A stretch of DNA of 15,519 nucleotides from NCBI GenBank assembly GCA_001563335.1, contig LRSL01000080.1, positions 1 through 15,519 of the forward strand, given 5' to 3'. This document shows positions 15,084 to 15,519 of the stretch, piece by piece. The notes beneath the pieces were generated by a model. It did not search any database and was not told the DNA's origin. It was given only the letters and a program-made list of their open reading frames with translations. The translations under genes were made by a program, and so were the position numbers. Numbering within the stretch: the first letter of the stretch is position 1; every line of letters begins with the position of its first letter. This DNA comes from Candidatus Thorarchaeota archaeon SMTZ1-45 (GTDB lineage Archaea; Asgardarchaeota; Thorarchaeia; Thorarchaeales; Thorarchaeaceae).

Positions 15084-15519
15084 TTCTTAGTTAGAATTCC
15101 AACATATGCTGGTTGGTTAACCTTACCGGTTTGGTATATTTTGTAGATGCGCCATCCGCTTTTTTCAGTAATTCTCTCCAGCTCGCTAAGTGTGACTAAC
15201 CAGAGACCAAACCAATCGGTCAGATATTCCTTATACTTAACTCTGATTCGCACAAGACCCGGTGGTTTGTTCTTTGCTCGATTCATCTCATGATACTTCA
15301 AATGATCTTCATTATTGGTGTTCACCGCATCTACACTACCTGCAAGGATGACTGCCTCAGGCGTTGTGATTTTGTACAAGGTATGAAGCATCGATATAGT
15401 CTGTTTCTCATTCCCTGCAATTCCAAAGTTGTTTCCAAACATGACAATTGTGTCAAACATGTTATCTTTGAACTGTAAGCTGTTGGCAGACATGACATAC
15501 GCTTCCTTCAGACCCATCG
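15080..15519 (-). CDS. Class I SAM-dependent methyltransferase, C-terminal part (5' truncated by window edge)
   Basis: FDTIVMFGNNFGIAG, L..ITTPEAVILA, YH..NR...PPG.VRIRVKY...DWF..W and EKSGW motifs. Motif I is absent, so the gene starts beyond the window. Confidence 0.8.
   Translation of the reverse strand, partial: MGLKEAYVMSANSLQFKDNMFDTIVMFGNNFGIAGNEKQTISMLHTLYKITTPEAVILAGSVDAVNTNNEDHLKYHEMNRAKNKPPGLVRIRVKYKEYLTDWFGLWLVTLSELERITEKSGWRIYKIYQTGKVNQPAYVGILTKK

Noticed and set aside
2196-15478. Other small overlapping ORFs (2196-2432, 4343-4561, 12973-13170, 14228-14422, 14880-15146, 15290-15478)
   Set aside because: They overlap confident genes and show no protein-family signal.
1-15519. 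CRISPR array, transposase, integrase or rRNA
   Set aside because: No regularly spaced nucleotide direct repeats or recognisable mobile-element or rRNA motifs seen by eye.

Overview
AT-rich prokaryotic window that looks archaeal: TTG/GTG starts with GGTGA/GAGGTG-type Shine-Dalgarno motifs, TATA-like boxes, a compact NH3-type NadE and a sequon-rich giant surface protein. An Asgard (Thorarchaeia-like) origin is my inference only. The centrepiece is a 2502-aa minus-strand protein with a signal/anchor, two FG-GAP (integrin-alpha-type) beta-propeller regions, 12 tandem Ig-like stalk domains, seven predicted TM helices (N-out/C-in) and an acidic cytoplasmic tail. This is an adhesion-GPCR-like architecture. 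It converges on a eukaryote-like vWA/MIDAS gene, and a candidate ~90-nt structured RNA lies upstream of it. The rest comprises two edge-truncated SAM methyltransferases, a membrane-anchored metallo-beta-lactamase-fold hydrolase, a TPR pseudogene remnant with an in-frame TAG, nadE, a multi-TM protein, an OsmC-family protein, a double Zn-ribbon protein, two tandem OB-fold-like paralogs and a gamma-carbonic anhydrase. I saw no tRNA, rRNA, CRISPR array or transposase. No database searches were run; family calls rest on recognised motifs.
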